Origin: an uncultured Gemmatimonadales bacterium
GTDB taxonomy: Bacteria; Gemmatimonadota; Gemmatimonadetes; Gemmatimonadales; Gemmatimonadaceae
Length of the DNA: 64,000 nucleotides
Reading direction: 5' to 3'
Assembly: GCA_963793305.1 (NCBI GenBank)
Contig: CAWBZV010000005.1
Span: 1,280,001-1,344,000, forward strand
Shown here: one piece after another, positions 61,403 to 64,000 of the stretch
Layout: each line of letters opens with the position of its first letter
How positions within the stretch are numbered: position 1 is the first letter of the stretch
Position numbers and translations under genes: made by a program
Notes under the pieces: model-generated
Seen by the model: the letters and a program-made list of their open reading frames with translations, nothing else
What the model was told of the DNA's origin: nothing
Database searches by the model: none

Positions 61403-62536
61403 TTACGGGCCAGTTGTCTCGCCGGGCGATCTCGGCGCGTTTCCACTCTGTTCTGCCGCAAGCAACCCGAGAGCCGCGCGAATCACGCGCAGCACATTGT
61501 CATTGGCGTTGATCGGCGTAAGCCGGATGTTGGGATGGTCACGCTGCCAAACGCGAAAGAGTTCATCGGCGAACGCCTGACCAATCTCCAAAACTCCTTT
61601 GAAGTCGAGAACAACCGCGTCAAACCAGTCAAAGCGTGCGGCGATGGATTTTGCTTGCGACCTCGAAACCAATCTCTCCTGTCCCACTTGCGCGAGGTTC
61701 AACGGAACGTGAGTCACGTTCAGGCCGTATTGTCCGGGCAAAGTATATTGATCCAACACGCTAGTCATAGTACGTGATGGTCGAGTATCTATGGACATGG
61801 TTACTCTGGTGCCAGGTTCAAGGTCCGCCATATCGATCAGCCAGTCGCTGGTCTCGTCAATGTCCGGTGCATGCGAGAAGTACGTATGTCCGGACGATAT
61901 CGTGAAACGGTCACACATACGGCTGGAATAAAAGATGCCCCAGCCGGTGTGAGATGTCGGATCGGTTGTGAGGCGACCTTTGATCAAATCCAACACCGCG
62001 GCTCGCTCGTCCTCGTACTGATACATTTCCCTGAGCTTGTTGAAGATCCCCACGCCCGCGTCGCTAACCATCAGTCTCACGACCGCGGCGGAGCACGATA
62101 CTACCACGAAGATCGAAGTCGATTCAGAATGGTCCAGCGCATTGTTGTAAATTTCGGTGAAGGCGTACTGCGCAATTTGGAATGCATGAGTAAGCCCTGG
62201 AAGCTTGGGCGCGACGTAGTTGGCCCAGACTTCGGACTCACTTGGACCGCCGACTCGAGGGAAGGATTGCGAGGAGACTACGGTGTAAACACCGTACTGT
62301 CGGCCTTTGGTCGCACCTTGCGCGACCAGGATGCCTTCATCCACGAGAGATCGCAGATGGCCATTAATCGCCTGCCTAGTGATTTTGAAGTGCTCGGCAG
62401 CCTCGGCTACTATTTCCGCAGCTCCCACCGCCTTCTCGGGGCCGGTTTGTCCTAGTTCCTTGAGTGCAAGGGCGCGAATCAGGTATCCAGCGACCGTGGT
62501 GGCATCAGGGGGCAGAGATCCGTCGATTGGAAACAC
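61403..62536 (-). CDS. wHTH + HATPase-like + DUF4325 (STAS-like) domain protein
   Basis: HFKITRQAINGHLRSLVDEG HTH; AFTEIYNNALDHS, DAGVGIF, HTGWGIF, GTRV GHKL boxes; LVSRSQAK...LDFKGV..IGQAFADELFRV. Confidence 0.85.
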   Translation of the reverse strand: MFPIDGSLPPDATTVAGYLIRALALKELGQTGPEKAVGAAEIVAEAAEHFKITRQAINGHLRSLVDEGILVAQGATKGRQYGVYTVVSSQSFPRVGGPSESEVWANYVAPKLPGLTHAFQIAQYAFTEIYNNALDHSESTSIFVVVSCSAAVVRLMVSDAGVGIFNKLREMYQYEDERAAVLDLIKGRLTTDPTSHTGWGIFYSSRMCDRFTISSGHTYFSHAPDIDETSDWLIDMADLEPGTRVTMSIDTRPSRTMTSVLDQYTLPGQYGLNVTHVPLNLAQVGQERLVSRSQAKSIAARFDWFDAVVLDFKGVLEIGQAFADELFRVWQRDHPNIRLTPINANDNVLRVIRAALGLLAAEQSGNAPRSPGETTGP

Positions 62537-62725
62537 GATAGCAATTTATTAGAAAGCCAGCCTGGTGTCTAGTTTCCAATCCGAGCTGACCCATTCCCGG
62601 CCCGCTAATCACAAGGAAGGTCCAGGACTATGGCATGTGTTATGACACCGGAGTGGTCTTCGACTGCCTGCTCGCCGAGTTGTGCTGCTGGACTAGGGCT
62701 TAACCGATCTTCCGGGTCGATGGTA

Positions 62726-62783
62726 GGACCTAAAACCCCTTTTAGGGTTAACCTCATTTTGGGTTCGATTCCAGCTCCCGGCA
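62726..62783 (+). repeat. Degenerate copy of the tRNA-Leu 3' portion (att-like site)
   Basis: GGACCTAAAACCCCTTTTAGGGTTAACCTCATTTTGGGTTCGATTCCAGCTCCCGGCA aligns with the tRNA from the anticodon arm to the discriminator. Confidence 0.85.
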
Positions 62784-62784
62784 C

Positions 62785-63315
62785 TCAACTCGAACGCATC
62801 CGATAGAAAACGAACTCCTCGCTGTAGAGCGCCCGGACTTTTCTGCCGTTCTGTTGCGCTGGGCGGAATCTCATGTGCGGCATGGCATCGCAGATTCCGC
62901 GCGTCAGTGCCATATCGTCCGATTCGGTGACCACGACAGATCCGGCCACCGGCCGGCCGGCGGTGTCGATGATCGCGACCGCGGTCGCGCGAAGCGCGCC
63001 GTGGTGGGTGAACGGCGGATTGTCGTCCGGGCTCAAGGTCATCGCGACGACACTATAGTCGCTATCCCTGGCCACGGCGTCGACGCCATTCTCGAGGCGT
63101 TTCGCGGGTTGCTCTGGATCAGAGACGACATCGCCAATCGCGCCGACATCGACGTTTCGGACGTCGGCGCAGCGGCCCACGGTCGAGTCTTTCACCGCTC
63201 GCGCAGGTAAGCCGGCGAGCTCATCGGCCGCTCTCGGCGCCGACGCGCAGCCGGCGAGCGCGAGGCTCGCCAGTGCCACGAGTCCCGAGCTCGCCAGATA
63301 CCATGCTCTCGTCAT
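62785..63315 (-). CDS. Lipoprotein with TonB C-terminal-like domain
   Basis: Lipobox LAGC; IIDTAGRP...MRFRPAQQNGRKVR. Confidence 0.75.
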   Translation of the reverse strand: MTRAWYLASSGLVALASLALAGCASAPRAADELAGLPARAVKDSTVGRCADVRNVDVGAIGDVVSDPEQPAKRLENGVDAVARDSDYSVVAMTLSPDDNPPFTHHGALRATAVAIIDTAGRPVAGSVVVTESDDMALTRGICDAMPHMRFRPAQQNGRKVRALYSEEFVFYRMRSS

Positions 63316-63723
63316 TTCACCTCGATCTTCTTCCGCCCTTGCTGCTCCGCTTTCGGCGCCGGCATGGTCACTTCCAAGACGCCGTTCGTAAATGTCGCTT
63401 TGATCTGATCGGAGTCTACGTTCGCAGGGAGCGGGATCGCTCTGTAAAAGCTCCCATAGCTCCGCTCGCTGTGATCCGCGTCGCCACTCGATTGCTGGCG
63501 CTCGCCAGAAATGGTGAGCGTCCCGCCGTCGACCTCGACGTTAACGTCTTTCGAGTTGAATCCGGGTAACTCGGCGTGCACGACGAGCTGATCATCGCGC
63601 TTCGACGCGCCGATCGCGGGCAGCCAGAGCGCCTCTAGCGTCGCCATCCGCATTTTCCCCATGTCGTCGATCATCGCGCGCATCAACGCGAACGGGCTAA
63701 GCGGGCGTGGCCTGTGTTTCCAT
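63312..63723 (-). CDS. Hsp20/alpha-crystallin small heat-shock protein (5' +1 frameshift near 63703)
   Basis: AELPG, LTISGER, ERSYGSFYRAIPLP, ATFTNGVLEV. GAGGGAG RBS before ATG 63723; removing one C gives METQATPLSPFALMR. Confidence 0.88.
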
Positions 63724-63761
63724 CGCGAACTCCCTCTGGTAAGTGGTACCAGAGATGGCCC

Positions 63762-63776
63762 GCAATCGCAATGCCA
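63762..63776 (-). promoter_or_regulatory. Sigma54 (-24/-12) promoter upstream of hsp20
   Basis: Minus strand TGGCATTGCGATTGC matches TGGCAC-N5-TTGC with exact GG-N10-GC spacing. Confidence 0.7.
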
Positions 63777-63780
63777 GTAA

Positions 63781-63976
63781 CTAGTGCTTCGGCTCGTCTG
63801 AGGAGGTGTTCTCTTCGACGATCTTGTGCACCGTGATCGTGAGGTCAGGGTACCGCGACCGGCCCACTTTGACCGCGTCTCGAACCGCCTGGATGGCCCG
63901 CCGGGAAAAGTCGTGCTGCGGCTCGAACGTCTCCCTCGACTTCGACGTTCATGACCAGCAGGATCGCTTTCCGCAT
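63781..63976 (-). CDS. Small hypothetical protein (64 aa after removing a +1 base at 63925-63931)
   Basis: Corrected MRKAILLVMNVEVEGDVEPQHDFSRRAIQAVRDAVKVGRSRYPDLTITVHKIVEENTSSDEPKH; may extend beyond the window. Confidence 0.55.
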
Positions 63977-64000
63977 GCGATGGAAGGTAGATCCGGATAG

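Larger units (their letters stand above)
57738..62783. mobile_element. Degenerate genomic island/prophage remnant integrated at tRNA-Leu(TAA)
   Basis: Flanked by the tRNA 3' end (57715-57737) and a 22/23 identical copy (62761-62783). Orphan genes, visibly more AT-rich parts, no integrase. Confidence 0.75.

Noticed and set aside
62726..62783. Second tRNA-Leu gene
   Set aside because: Lacks the 5' acceptor strand and D-arm and has mismatched stems; it is an att-like remnant.
2571..63931. Mass pseudogenisation or programmed frameshifting
   Set aside because: The shifts are identical single-base doublings in two motifs, the genes are otherwise intact, and there are no slippery runs. Sequencing artefact is more parsimonious.

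Overview
A GC-rich bacterial window, densely coding, with no rRNA or CRISPR array. Gene content suggests Gemmatimonadota, but that is an inference. (1) 1-26 kb: mixed metabolic and regulatory genes, including a Cyc2-like heme-porin cotranscribed with a diheme cytochrome c fused to a blue-copper domain. (2) 26-43 kb: a translationally coupled 15-gene minus-strand operon. It encodes GT4, an HPr-kinase-like ATPase, two B12-dependent radical SAM enzymes, three methyltransferases, an amidohydrolase, a flavin-reductase-like protein, GT2, an SxtJ/SxtK/carbamoyltransferase trio, an SGNH protein and a GT2-membrane fusion. A nucleotidyltransferase lies divergent to it. It probably builds an unknown, heavily tailored glycoconjugate. 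(3) 43-57 kb: signalling genes, a kinase-like/BamA-type outer-membrane protein, glutamine synthetase and repair genes. (4) tRNA-Leu(TAA) followed by a ~5 kb integrase-less island bounded by a degenerate tRNA 3'-end repeat, then a TonB-like gene and an Hsp20 gene with a sigma54 promoter. Twelve +1 frameshifts all fall in GACGTC or CGCATC, most likely methylation-linked long-read errors. Correcting them restores intact genes, several of which are missing or split in the ORF track.
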